DNA of 64,000 bases, from positions 32,001 through 96,000 of IMG/VR virus record IMGVR_UViG_3300025131_000007. One strand, written 5' to 3'. Shown piece after piece: positions 27,994 to 37,603 of the stretch. Under the pieces are notes generated by a model. That model ran no database searches, was not told where the DNA came from, and saw only the letters and a program-made list of their open reading frames with translations. Position numbers and translations under genes: made by a program. This stretch comes from a virus. Position 1 is the stretch's first letter. Every line of letters begins with the position of its first letter.

Positions 27994-29136
27994 TTGGCAA
28001 GAAAAAAGAAAACTCAAACAGCAGCCGGTAGATTATCAATTCAAGATTTGATATCGGTAGTTAATAAAAAAGCTGGTCGTGATGTTGCGCATGATCTTAC
28101 AGAAGAAAATCCAACCGATGTGAGGGAGTGGATTCCCACTGGTTCACGATGGTTGGATTCTATTATTTGTAAGGGTAAAATCACCGGAATTCCAGTGGGA
28201 AAGGTGACCGAAATCGCCGGCTTAGAATCAACAGGTAAATCCTATATGGCGGCTCAAATTGCAGCCAATGCCCAGAAAATGGGCAAGATAATTGTATACT
28301 TTGATTCGGAGTCAGCAATTGATTCTAAATTTTTAGAGCGGTCAGGGTGCAATCTGCGTAAATTAATGTATGTTCAAGCATATTCTGTGGAATTTGTATT
28401 GGAGACTATCGAAGATCTTTTAGATAAATGCCACGGTGATGATTCGATTGTGTTTATTTGGGATTCGTTGGCATTTACCCCTTCGGTATCGGATGTGGAG
28501 GGAGATTTTAACCCACAGTCATCCATGGCAGTGAAGGCAAGAATTTTAGCAAAAGGAATGTCGAAACTAACAATCCCTATTGCTAATAAAAATGCCGCGC
28601 TCATTGTTCTTAATCAACTGAAGACAAATATACCACAGGGGCCGATGGCAAGGATGATCACAATGACCACACCTTACATAACTCCCGGCGGCAAAGCTAT
28701 GCATTATGCTTATTCTTTGCGTATTTGGCTTACTGGTCGAAAGGCGAAGAGTTCCTTTGTGCAAGATGAAAAAGGATTTCGCATTGGTTCAGAAGTAAAA
28801 GTAAAACTTGAAAAATCACGCTTTGGAACTCAGGGAAGAAATTGTGCTTTTCGTATTTTGTGGGGAACCGACGATATCGGGATCCAGTGCGATGAAAGTC
28901 TTTTTGATGCAATTAAAACATCTGACTATCTAACTAGCGCCGGGGCATGGTATACTCTTCAGATGGGTAACGGAAAAGAAATTAAATTTCAGCCTTCTAA
29001 ATGGAAAGACAAGATGCAAGACAAAGAGTTTAAAGGAAGGGTGTATGAATTAATGGATGAAGAGGTGGTTAGAAAGTTTGATGAGAGAACTGGAAAGGCG
29101 GAGGATTTTTATGAAAAAAACAAGGCTGACAAATGA
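27994..29136 (+). CDS. recA: RecA/UvsX recombinase
   Basis: IPTGS..LD, Walker A GLESTGKS, YFDSE, IWDSLA, NQLK and TPGGKAM. Confidence 0.92.
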   Translation: MARKKKTQTAAGRLSIQDLISVVNKKAGRDVAHDLTEENPTDVREWIPTGSRWLDSIICKGKITGIPVGKVTEIAGLESTGKSYMAAQIAANAQKMGKIIVYFDSESAIDSKFLERSGCNLRKLMYVQAYSVEFVLETIEDLLDKCHGDDSIVFIWDSLAFTPSVSDVEGDFNPQSSMAVKARILAKGMSKLTIPIANKNAALIVLNQLKTNIPQGPMARMITMTTPYITPGGKAMHYAYSLRIWLTGRKAKSSFVQDEKGFRIGSEVKVKLEKSRFGTQGRNCAFRILWGTDDIGIQCDESLFDAIKTSDYLTSAGAWYTLQMGNGKEIKFQPSKWKDKMQDKEFKGRVYELMDEEVVRKFDERTGKAEDFYEKNKADK

Positions 29137-29420
29137 ACGTTAAATTTAAGGAGGGAGATTTGGTTCGAATGGTGGATCCGAGTAGCGGGGATCCGTTCGA
29201 GGCGTTCGAGCATCTTGATGATCCTACATATGTACCCCAAGTTGATTACCTTAAAGGAGTGGGGGTGGTTTTCAGGGTCAATGAGCCGACTGAGTTACCC
29301 CCGCGATTCCAAGATGTGGATGGTAATCCTCTTGTGGAAATGTCTGCGCCTATCTATGAGGTCTTGTTTGGGGGAAAACTTCGCGAGGTCAACTGGACAC
29401 TGTTGGAGAAAGTAGAATGA
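29133..29420 (+). CDS. small SH3/KOW-like protein
   Basis: FKEGDLVR...GVVFRV...YEVLF pattern; ATGA overlaps on both sides. Confidence 0.5.
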   Translation: MNVKFKEGDLVRMVDPSSGDPFEAFEHLDDPTYVPQVDYLKGVGVVFRVNEPTELPPRFQDVDGNPLVEMSAPIYEVLFGGKLREVNWTLLEKVE

Positions 29421-30409
29421 AAAGAGTATTAATAATAGACGCACTCAATGCATACCTGCGCGCCTACATCGTCGATCCGAGCCTGTCTACAAATGGGCAA
29501 CCGATTGGCGGCATAAAAGGGTTTATAAAAATCCTTCAGAAACTCGTAAGACAAACGATACCCAATGAGATTGTGGTTGTGTGGGATGGGCCCAACGGAT
29601 CGCAAAAAAGAAAAATAATAGATAAAAACTATAAAGCTGGGCGCAAACCGATCCGTCTTAATAGATCGGTGCACAATCTTACTGATGATGAAGAACTTCA
29701 CAATAAGATATGGCAACAATCGCGCATAATGGAATATATGAACAATATGCCTATCATCCAGACCATGATACCGGAGATTGAGGCAGATGACGTAATCGCT
29801 TATTTGACACAATTCGATGTATACGCCGGATGGCAAAAGATTATTGTTTCTAATGATAGAGATTTTATGCAGTTGTGTGACAAGGAAACAGTTTTGTGGC
29901 GACCTACGAAGGATGAGGTCTTGAACACTAAGCGCATCGTTGAACAACTTGGTATCCATCCTGTAAATATGGCACTGGCCCGGGCAATTATTGGAGATCC
30001 ATCCGACAATTTGCCCGGGATAAAAGGCGCTGGGTTTGCTACAGTCGCCAAACGGTTGGGTTTTTTAGCGTCAGAAGAGTTTTATACGATTGACAAGGTA
30101 ATTGAATTTTGCAGTAAGTCAACCAGCCGCCTTAAATTTTTTAATAACGTGGTGGAGAACGTGGAGACTATAGAGCACAATTATAAAATGATGCAATTAT
30201 CTGCCCCCCAGATGTCAATTCAATCAAAAGATTTTGTTAGAAATGCAGTGGAAAATTTTGCGTGTGACTTTAATCAAACTGCAGTTTTGGGAATGATGAG
30301 AAAAGATGGGTTTGGTGAATTAAATTGGGAAGAGCTAAAGTCTCATTTATTAAGGATTTCTCGCGAATGTCATGACGAGCCAGCAAAAGAAAATAGTATT
30401 CATGCTTGA
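29417..30409 (+). CDS. 5'-3' exonuclease / flap endonuclease (T4 RNase H, Pol I 5' nuclease family)
   Basis: LIIDALN, VVWDG, YKAGR, EADDVIA, SNDRDFMQL and GDPSDNLPGIKG. Confidence 0.92.
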   Translation: MKRVLIIDALNAYLRAYIVDPSLSTNGQPIGGIKGFIKILQKLVRQTIPNEIVVVWDGPNGSQKRKIIDKNYKAGRKPIRLNRSVHNLTDDEELHNKIWQQSRIMEYMNNMPIIQTMIPEIEADDVIAYLTQFDVYAGWQKIIVSNDRDFMQLCDKETVLWRPTKDEVLNTKRIVEQLGIHPVNMALARAIIGDPSDNLPGIKGAGFATVAKRLGFLASEEFYTIDKVIEFCSKSTSRLKFFNNVVENVETIEHNYKMMQLSAPQMSIQSKDFVRNAVENFACDFNQTAVLGMMRKDGFGELNWEELKSHLLRISRECHDEPAKENSIHA

Positions 30410-30433
30410 CATTTGGTGTCAGTGTGTTATATT
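30406..30433 (+). promoter_or_regulatory. sigma70-type promoter for helicase operon
   Basis: TTGACA (overlapping the TGA stop)-16 nt-TATATT with TGn. Confidence 0.7.
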
Positions 30434-30457
30434 TAAAAGAGTTGAAAGAGGGTTCTT

Positions 30458-31846
30458 ATGTTAAGCGAAAAAGCTAGTTTCGGGCGTTATGGAAAAACAT
30501 TTCAAGAAGGGCTGATCCAATTGATTTTTGAGGATCGCCCTTTTGCTGATCAGGTGACGGAAGTCTTAAATGGTAATTTTTTAGAATTAGAATATTTGCG
30601 TGTTTTCTTGCGTAAGATTATCGAATACCGTGCCAAATATAATCGTCACCCATCATTGGATGCCATGATTACGATCGTGCGCACGGATCTCGAAAATGAA
30701 AGCGAGATTACCCAAAAACAGGTGAGAGAATATTTCACCCGCGTTCATTCTCGAGAAATTACTGATCCTGAATATATTAAAGAAACAGCGTTAGATTTTT
30801 GTCGCAAACAAAATCTGAAAGAAGCCATGCTTCGATCCATACCGCTCTTGCAAAAAAATTCGTTTGATGAAATCTCTCAAGTTATTAATGAAGCATTGAA
30901 GTTGGGATCGGAAAACAATTTTGGGTATGATTACTTGGCAGACTTTGAGAAAAGATTTGAACCCAAACATCGTGTTCCTGTCTCTACGGGGTGGCAAGAT
31001 ATTGATAGAATAATTGGCGGTGGTTTAGGAAAAAGTGAGTTAGGAGTGGTAATTGCCCCCACTGGTGCGGGAAAATCAATGGTGTTGGTGCACTTGGGGG
31101 CGAATGCAATTGCCGAAGGAAAAACTGTTATTCACTACACACTAGAACTTCAAGAGACAGTTATAGCCACTAGGTATGATAGTTGTATTACAGGATATCC
31201 GCTTTCCGACATTATAAATTTTAAAGAAGAAGTATACGAAGAGATTAAAGATATAGAGGGAACCCTTATAGTCAAAGAATATCCTACAAAGTCAGCCTCA
31301 ACGAATACAATTCGTGCACACCTTTCTAGACTTATTAAGAGAGGGATCAGACCAGGAATGATTATTGTTGATTATGCTGATCTTTTAAAACCTGTGGTTG
31401 TGCGAAAAGAGAAAAGAAATGAATTAGAATCTATTTATGAAGAGCTACGAGCTATTTCCACGGAGTTTCAATGCCCTATTTGGACTGCCTCACAAACCAA
31501 CCGATCAGGGTTGAGTGCTGAGGTGATCACTATGGAACAAATCTCGGAAGCTTTTAATAAATGTTTCGTTGCTGATTTTATCTTTTCAGTATCGAGAAGT
31601 ATAGAAGAAAAACAAAACAATCTTGGTAAGATTTTTATTGCAAAAAACAGAAATGGACCAGATGGAATGGTTTATGATATTTTTATGGACACCAGTAACG
31701 TGAAGATTAAAATTTTACCCAAAGCGGTCATTCCCTCGAGGGGAACAAATACCCCACCTTCGGTGGTTACTGCTCCTATCACTTTAGATTCCAAGATGCA
31801 GCGACAGCTTTTGATGACCAAGTATGCCAAATTAAAAGGAAAATAA
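30458..31846 (+). CDS. replicative DNA helicase, DnaB/T4 gp41 family
   Basis: Walker A APTGAGKS, YTLEL, IVDYADLL, WTASQTNR and AKNRNG. Confidence 0.92.
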   Translation: MLSEKASFGRYGKTFQEGLIQLIFEDRPFADQVTEVLNGNFLELEYLRVFLRKIIEYRAKYNRHPSLDAMITIVRTDLENESEITQKQVREYFTRVHSREITDPEYIKETALDFCRKQNLKEAMLRSIPLLQKNSFDEISQVINEALKLGSENNFGYDYLADFEKRFEPKHRVPVSTGWQDIDRIIGGGLGKSELGVVIAPTGAGKSMVLVHLGANAIAEGKTVIHYTLELQETVIATRYDSCITGYPLSDIINFKEEVYEEIKDIEGTLIVKEYPTKSASTNTIRAHLSRLIKRGIRPGMIIVDYADLLKPVVVRKEKRNELESIYEELRAISTEFQCPIWTASQTNRSGLSAEVITMEQISEAFNKCFVADFIFSVSRSIEEKQNNLGKIFIAKNRNGPDGMVYDIFMDTSNVKIKILPKAVIPSRGTNTPPSVVTAPITLDSKMQRQLLMTKYAKLKGK

Positions 31847-31848
31847 TT

Positions 31849-33816
31849 ATGAGAAACACACGTGCGATTCGCCGGTTTGGGCTGTCAGAACCCTTTGTTG
31901 AGCCCTACAAAACAACCACGGTTCCATGGGGGCCGTTGGGCTATGTTACCTTCAAACGCACCTATGCTCGCCGCCTCAGCGAGTTCTCCGATGGCGCTGG
32001 GGGGACGGAAGAGTGGTGGCAGACATGTCGTCGCGTGGTTGAGGGTATGTTCAACATGCAGAAACAGCATGTGGTCACATTAGGTTTAGAATGGAATGAT
32101 GCCAAAGCCCAGAAAACCGCAAAAGAAGCATATGATCGGTTGTTTCATTTGAAATGGACACCTCCCGGTCGTGGCTTGTGGATGATGGGCACAAAGTTTG
32201 TAGAAGAGAGAACCGCTGCGGGGCTTTTTAATTGTGCTTTTAGGTCTACTCGAGATTTATCGAGCAAAGGAGGTTATCTTTTTGCGTGGATGATGGATGC
32301 TTTAATGGTAGGGATCGGTGTGGGGTTTGATACAGAGGGGGCTGGAACCCTCACCATCCAAGAGCCTCAATATAATAATGATATTTATATTATTGATGAT
32401 TCGCGAGAAGGCTGGGTCAACAGTGTTCATATATTATTAGATGGATTCTTTTTTGGAGACAAAGTTCCGAAGTTTGATTATTCCTCTATCCGCGCCGCTG
32501 GAGAACCTATTCATGGGTTCGGGGGAACCTCTAGTGGCTCTGGTCCATTGAGAGAGCTTCATGATAATTTGGTGGAATTGTTTTCCCCCAAGGTGGGAGA
32601 GTCTATTTCTTCCGTAGACATCGTAGACACTGAAAACCTCATCGGTCGCTGTGTGGTTGCCGGCAACGTTCGCCGTTCGGCTGCATTAGCAATGGGGAAA
32701 TATAACGACCGTCGTTATCTCGAGATGAAAAACGATCAAGAGAAATTGTATCACCACCGATGGGGATCTAACAATTCATTCAACGCGTTGGTGGGAATGG
32801 ACTACACGTGGCATGCTACCCAGTCTCAAAAGAACGGAGAGCCTGGGTATATCTGGCTTAACAATGCGAGAACACGTGGTCGCTTTAAAGATCCAGAACG
32901 ATATGACGACATTAATGTCGCGGGTTTCAACCCTTGCGTTGAACAGCAATTGGAAGATGCTGAACTGTGTTGTTTGGTAGAAACATTTCCCGCCAAGCAC
33001 GACACTTATGAGGATTATCTGCGCACTTTGAAGATAGCTTATTTATATGGAAAGACTGTGACTCTTTCTAACACTCACTGGCCAGAGACTAACGCTAAAA
33101 TGCTAAAGAATCGTCGTATTGGCTTATCTCAATCCGGAGTGGTTCAGGCGTTTAATCGTCACGGCCGTCGCGAAATGATGAATTGGTGTGACAACGCCTA
33201 TCAGCACGTGTTAGAATTGGATGAAGAATATTCCAATTGGCTTTGTATTCCTAAGTCGGTGCGCATGACTTCCATCAAGCCGTCAGGAACCGTTTCATTA
33301 CTTAATGGATCTACGCCTGGAATCCACCATCCAGAAAACGAATATTATATTCGACGTATCCGATTCTCAAAAGATTCAGAATTGCTCCCTGCGCTTCAAG
33401 AAGCGGGATACGTTATCGAAACTGACACTTATTCCCCCAACACGATGGTGGTAGAATTTCCTGTTCACGAGCCCTATTTTACTAAGGGAAAATGCGATGT
33501 GAGCATGTGGGAGCAATTAGAAATTGCTGCCCAATATCAACATTACTGGGCAGACAATAGTGTTTCTGTGACGGTCACCTTTAAACAAGACGAAGCTAGT
33601 CAAATAAAAACGGCATTAGAGATGTATGAGAGTAGATTGAAAGCTGTATCGTTTTTGAGATATGAAGAGACGGGGTATGTTCAACCTCCTTATGAACCTA
33701 TTACCAAAGACCAATATCATATTATGTCCGCAAAAATTACTCCCGTAAAGCGTTTTGAAATAAACGAAAGCGGCACAGGAAGTAAGTTTTGTGATGGAGA
33801 ATTTTGCACACTTTAA
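31849..33816 (+). CDS. nrdJ: class II (B12-dependent) ribonucleotide reductase
   Basis: PPGRGLW, FNCAF, GNVRRSA, NPCVEQ, IKPSGTVS and a C-terminal CDGEFC. Confidence 0.92.
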   Translation: MRNTRAIRRFGLSEPFVEPYKTTTVPWGPLGYVTFKRTYARRLSEFSDGAGGTEEWWQTCRRVVEGMFNMQKQHVVTLGLEWNDAKAQKTAKEAYDRLFHLKWTPPGRGLWMMGTKFVEERTAAGLFNCAFRSTRDLSSKGGYLFAWMMDALMVGIGVGFDTEGAGTLTIQEPQYNNDIYIIDDSREGWVNSVHILLDGFFFGDKVPKFDYSSIRAAGEPIHGFGGTSSGSGPLRELHDNLVELFSPKVGESISSVDIVDTENLIGRCVVAGNVRRSAALAMGKYNDRRYLEMKNDQEKLYHHRWGSNNSFNALVGMDYTWHATQSQKNGEPGYIWLNNARTRGRFKDPERYDDINVAGFNPCVEQQLEDAELCCLVETFPAKHDTYEDYLRTLKIAYLYGKTVTLSNTHWPETNAKMLKNRRIGLSQSGVVQAFNRHGRREMMNWCDNAYQHVLELDEEYSNWLCIPKSVRMTSIKPSGTVSLLNGSTPGIHHPENEYYIRRIRFSKDSELLPALQEAGYVIETDTYSPNTMVVEFPVHEPYFTKGKCDVSMWEQLEIAAQYQHYWADNSVSVTVTFKQDEASQIKTALEMYESRLKAVSFLRYEETGYVQPPYEPITKDQYHIMSAKITPVKRFEINESGTGSKFCDGEFCTL

Positions 33817-33837
33817 ATTTAAAGAGAGAGGTGAAAT

Positions 33838-34131
33838 GTGTTTAAACCTGTTAACCGGTATTTGGTGGTGGAAACCCCTACCCCGCCGGCAGAGACAAAA
33901 TCTGGCATTGTATTGCCGGATGACTACAAGCCTGCGGAAGATCCGTGGGTTGTGGTAAAATTAATAGATTATGCTGATGACGTGCGGTTTGGTAAAAAAT
34001 TGAAAAACTTGTCAGCAATACACGAGGTATCCCTATTAGTGGAGAGATCCATGATTGAGCAAATAGTTTATAATGGAACTAATTATTCTTTGATCCTTGA
34101 TAATTATGTTAAAGGGGCTTTTACTAAATAA
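33838..34131 (+). CDS. groES: co-chaperonin GroES-like
   Basis: FKPVNRYLVV and a mobile-loop-like TKSGIVLPDD. Confidence 0.7.
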   Translation: MFKPVNRYLVVETPTPPAETKSGIVLPDDYKPAEDPWVVVKLIDYADDVRFGKKLKNLSAIHEVSLLVERSMIEQIVYNGTNYSLILDNYVKGAFTK

Positions 34132-34143
34132 GGGTATCTGGAG

Positions 34144-35049
34144 ATGACAATAGATAAGAATTTTTATAATCAAGCGTCAGCCGCCAAGTTAGGGTGGTCA
34201 CCTGATTGGTTTGGAGAAAAACACTTTGATGAAAAACTTGTTAGGGGTATTAAAAAGTGGCAGAAATCTCATGGCTTAAGTGGTGATGGATTGGTTGGGC
34301 CCATGACTTATGCGCGCATTTGGACACACAGACAAAGCGAAATTGACGAACACAAGCCTCCAATCTCTTCTATAAAATATTCTAATTATATTGTGTATAA
34401 TAGCGAATTTTATCCCATTAACTGGGATAAGGTAGTATTGTGGTCTGAGAGTGCCGGGTTGAAAGCCCAAAAAGGAAACTATTATGATTATACAGGAAGG
34501 TCACGCCGGCCGATTCGCCTATTTGTGAATCATTGGGATGTGTGCCTTAACTCTAAATCGTGCCACAGGGTCTTAAATAATCGCGGCATTTCGGTGCACT
34601 TTCTCATTGACAATGATGGAACTATTTATCAAACTCTAGATATGCAGCATGGAGCTTTTCATGCGGGCCACCAACGAACCAATAGGTCTTCCGTGGGAGT
34701 AGAAATTTCGAACGCATTTTATCCCAAATATCAAGAATGGTATAATCGCAATGGTTATGGGGAACGACCCTTAGTGAAAGGGGCGATGGTGCATGGAAGA
34801 GAGTTGGAGACTTTTATGGATTTTTACCCCATTCAAATCGAGGCAGTTAAGGCGTTGTGGAAAGCAGTAGACGGATGCACCGATATTCAATTTCAAACTC
34901 CATTAGATGAAAACGACCACACTTCTACGCGATATGAGCAGCGTGTAGTATATGGAAATTATCAGGGAATTGTCAGCCATTATCACTGCAGCAAACGTAA
35001 AATTGATTGCGCAAATTTAGATATAAAACAATTATTAGATGAACTATAG
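34144..35049 (+). CDS. N-acetylmuramoyl-L-alanine amidase with peptidoglycan-binding domain (endolysin)
   Basis: WQKSHGL.GDGLVGPMT binding domain; HWD, SVHFLID.DGTIYQ, FHAG, SVGVEI, SHY and KIDC. Confidence 0.88.
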   Translation: MTIDKNFYNQASAAKLGWSPDWFGEKHFDEKLVRGIKKWQKSHGLSGDGLVGPMTYARIWTHRQSEIDEHKPPISSIKYSNYIVYNSEFYPINWDKVVLWSESAGLKAQKGNYYDYTGRSRRPIRLFVNHWDVCLNSKSCHRVLNNRGISVHFLIDNDGTIYQTLDMQHGAFHAGHQRTNRSSVGVEISNAFYPKYQEWYNRNGYGERPLVKGAMVHGRELETFMDFYPIQIEAVKALWKAVDGCTDIQFQTPLDENDHTSTRYEQRVVYGNYQGIVSHYHCSKRKIDCANLDIKQLLDEL

Positions 35050-35095
35050 TGAGGGCATAAAGCCAATACACACATGAGCCAACAAGAGGTGAGCA

Positions 35096-35821
35096 TTGAA
35101 CGATTATGAAAAGACTATTAAACTTTATGGAGATGGAATTGGGTTTGTGGAGCATGTGGAGCACATGGGAACAGATCTTACAGTTGTCAATAGCGCTCGC
35201 GTTAGTTTTGGAAAGCACAAAAAGGATCTAGACGATCGAGACAAGAAGCTTATTAATTATTTAATAGCTCACAAACACACTTCAACGCTCGAACATTGTA
35301 GTATAACTTTTCGTTTTAAAGTGCCATTGTTTGTGAGAAGCCAACACCATCGCCATCGCACATGGTCTTATAATGAGATATCCCGGAGATATACCGATTT
35401 CAACATTGAGTTTTATGAGCCCCAATTTTATAGAACTCAACATGATAAGAATCGCCAAGCTAGCAATGTAGATCAGGTATGCAACCCTCGTCTAAAACTA
35501 TACGATCCCGCATGCAGCCACTCTATTGATAGGTTTGCGACGGAGATTGTGGCATCACATCACAAACAGTCTCTTAAATTGTTTGATGATTTGATGGATG
35601 GTGGAGTGTGCCGGGAACAGGCGCGGGGAATATTGCCTCAGAATATGTATACGGAATATTACGGAACGGTGAATTTAAGTAACCTACTTAAATTTATTGA
35701 TCTGAGAACGCACGAGGGGGCTCAGTGGGAGATTCAAAAGGTTGCGCTAGCATGTTTGGAAATAGCTACGGATTTATGGCCCATTACTGTTGGAGCATAT
35801 CGGGAACTTAGAGAAAGGTAA
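35096..35821 (+). CDS. thyX: FAD-dependent thymidylate synthase
   Basis: NSARVSF, HTSTLEH, RHRTWSYNEISRRY, EQARGILP and AQWEI. Confidence 0.95.
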   Translation: MNDYEKTIKLYGDGIGFVEHVEHMGTDLTVVNSARVSFGKHKKDLDDRDKKLINYLIAHKHTSTLEHCSITFRFKVPLFVRSQHHRHRTWSYNEISRRYTDFNIEFYEPQFYRTQHDKNRQASNVDQVCNPRLKLYDPACSHSIDRFATEIVASHHKQSLKLFDDLMDGGVCREQARGILPQNMYTEYYGTVNLSNLLKFIDLRTHEGAQWEIQKVALACLEIATDLWPITVGAYRELRER

Positions 35822-36735
35822 TGATATTATATGATCAGGTGGTGATCGGAAGTTCGCTCTCCGCACTTCTGTATGCTTTTGTTAATCATTATCCTATTCT
35901 CTTTACTTCGCCGGAGATTCCCTTTAGGTTTGACTATTTTAAAGAAGATGTCGATCTTTCCTTTTTGGATATCTCGACTCCTTTTCGCCACTTACTTACT
36001 TTCAATGAGTGTTTGGCGGTCGGCCCTCCTAAAATCGCATTGTGGGAGGCATTAATGTTTGCTTTGTCAATGGATGGGATGTGTCCCCTAAGTGGGCTCT
36101 GTTCTTCTATTCGCAATGTGGAAGGCACCGTTACATGTTCAAATGAGTATTCTAAAATAGCCACCTTTAAGGTTAATACTTTTCATTATTTTGGAGATGC
36201 TTCCGCAACTGGGTTTGGAAAATCACCGATAGTTATTCCCCAAAATTATATATGTTACGACTGGGTAGCTATTAACAAAGGAGGAAAGATAGAACAGGAT
36301 TATATGAAGGTAGGTGATGAGTTCGTGAATCATGTGTGGTTTTATTCTTCAGATCGGATTGATGGAAATACCGGAGTTAAAGATGCGTGTGTGGTGTCGT
36401 ATCTTCAAGAGGAACAATTAGAGAATTTTGATTACTCAGAAACCATGGCGAGGTTTAAATTAGTTAATGAAATGGAGAAGCGCGGTTTGCGCGGCCCCCA
36501 AACCGGCTTTAATAGTGCCGGAAACCCTCGTCACTATAAAATTAAGACTACGCACATGTTTCGTACGAAACGATCCAAAAAGAGTCAATCATCGACGTGG
36601 ACACCCACAGATAATGTGGTGGTGCCCACTTTAAATGAAGAAGAGTTATTTGCCATCTTTTGCGAGAGTGAGCCTCGCAACAACACTTTCATGAGGTTTT
36701 ATAATGCATCTTGCCGGCATCATTCCTGTAGCTAA
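35821..36735 (+). CDS. Rossmann/FAD-oxidoreductase-like protein (degenerate)
   Basis: N-terminal YDQVVIGSSLSALLYA resembles the beta-alpha-beta dinucleotide motif but lacks two glycines. Confidence 0.4.
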   Translation: MILYDQVVIGSSLSALLYAFVNHYPILFTSPEIPFRFDYFKEDVDLSFLDISTPFRHLLTFNECLAVGPPKIALWEALMFALSMDGMCPLSGLCSSIRNVEGTVTCSNEYSKIATFKVNTFHYFGDASATGFGKSPIVIPQNYICYDWVAINKGGKIEQDYMKVGDEFVNHVWFYSSDRIDGNTGVKDACVVSYLQEEQLENFDYSETMARFKLVNEMEKRGLRGPQTGFNSAGNPRHYKIKTTHMFRTKRSKKSQSSTWTPTDNVVVPTLNEEELFAIFCESEPRNNTFMRFYNASCRHHSCS

Positions 36736-37603
36736 TTTAAAGACGGATTTGCAAACTGTTTTTCCAGAGGTCTTGTTGCCGCTCGAGCCTGATTTTACTG
36801 CTATTCAAAAATCAGTGTATGAGTGTGCGCTAGCCGGGTGTCAAACTATTTGGATTGTGGCAAACAACGACTTGGCTCCTTTAGTAAGAAAAACAGTTGG
36901 AGAATGGGTGTATGACCCGGTTTATTATAACCGATATATGACCAAATTTCATAGTGAAATAAGGAAAGAGATACCTATTTATTATGTGCCCATCCATCCT
37001 AAAGATCGCGACAAACGTGATTGTTATGGATGGTCTATATTATATGGTGCATATAGTGCATGGTCGGTAGCATATAAGATTTCTCGTTGGATTCGCCCTA
37101 CAAAATATTATGTTTCTTTTCCACTTTCAGTTTATAACTTAGACTTTTTGAGGCAACACCGACTATGTATAGCCAATAAAGATAAGAACTTTTTTCTTTC
37201 TTATGAAGATAAGATAATTAAGGACAATCTGCCGATCGCATTCACATTTACAGGAGATGATTTTATAAAATGCCGAAGAGACTTGAACCGAAAGACCACA
37301 AGGGAATATTTACCCCCTTTACCCGGCCACCGATACCCCTCACAAAAAAGACCGTTAGTCGAGAGGTGGAGCGCAAGAACGTTCGGCCTAAAGACCGTAT
37401 TTGAAAAACTTAATATAGAGAACGCGGCGATCACCCCTGTGGAGTCGTTTTACGATCTTTCCGCATGGGAGCAGTATTGCCAATTCTTAGGTCGAGAAAA
37501 TAAATTAATAAAAAAACCGTATAAAGAGTTGATAAAAGCTCGCCAACATGTTAAATTACCATATGTTCAAAAAGGAGAAATCAATGAACAAACCGAAGAT
37601 TAA
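36704..37603 (+). CDS. sugar-nucleotidyltransferase (GT-A)-fold protein (degenerate)
   Basis: LAGIIPVA..PEVLLP..IQKSVYECALAGCQTIWIV follows the NTP_transferase N-terminus; GxGTR is absent. Confidence 0.5.
   Translation: MHLAGIIPVANLKTDLQTVFPEVLLPLEPDFTAIQKSVYECALAGCQTIWIVANNDLAPLVRKTVGEWVYDPVYYNRYMTKFHSEIRKEIPIYYVPIHPKDRDKRDCYGWSILYGAYSAWSVAYKISRWIRPTKYYVSFPLSVYNLDFLRQHRLCIANKDKNFFLSYEDKIIKDNLPIAFTFTGDDFIKCRRDLNRKTTREYLPPLPGHRYPSQKRPLVERWSARTFGLKTVFEKLNIENAAITPVESFYDLSAWEQYCQFLGRENKLIKKPYKELIKARQHVKLPYVQKGEINEQTED

Noticed and set aside
27834-28031. 65-aa basic ORF from the ORF track
   Set aside because: It is an alternative frame of the better supported 27800-27928 ORF and runs across the RNA motif and the recA start.
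31431-34628. CTATTTA copies inside the helicase and amidase genes
   Set aside because: Far from any start codon; consistent with chance occurrence of an AT-rich 7-mer.
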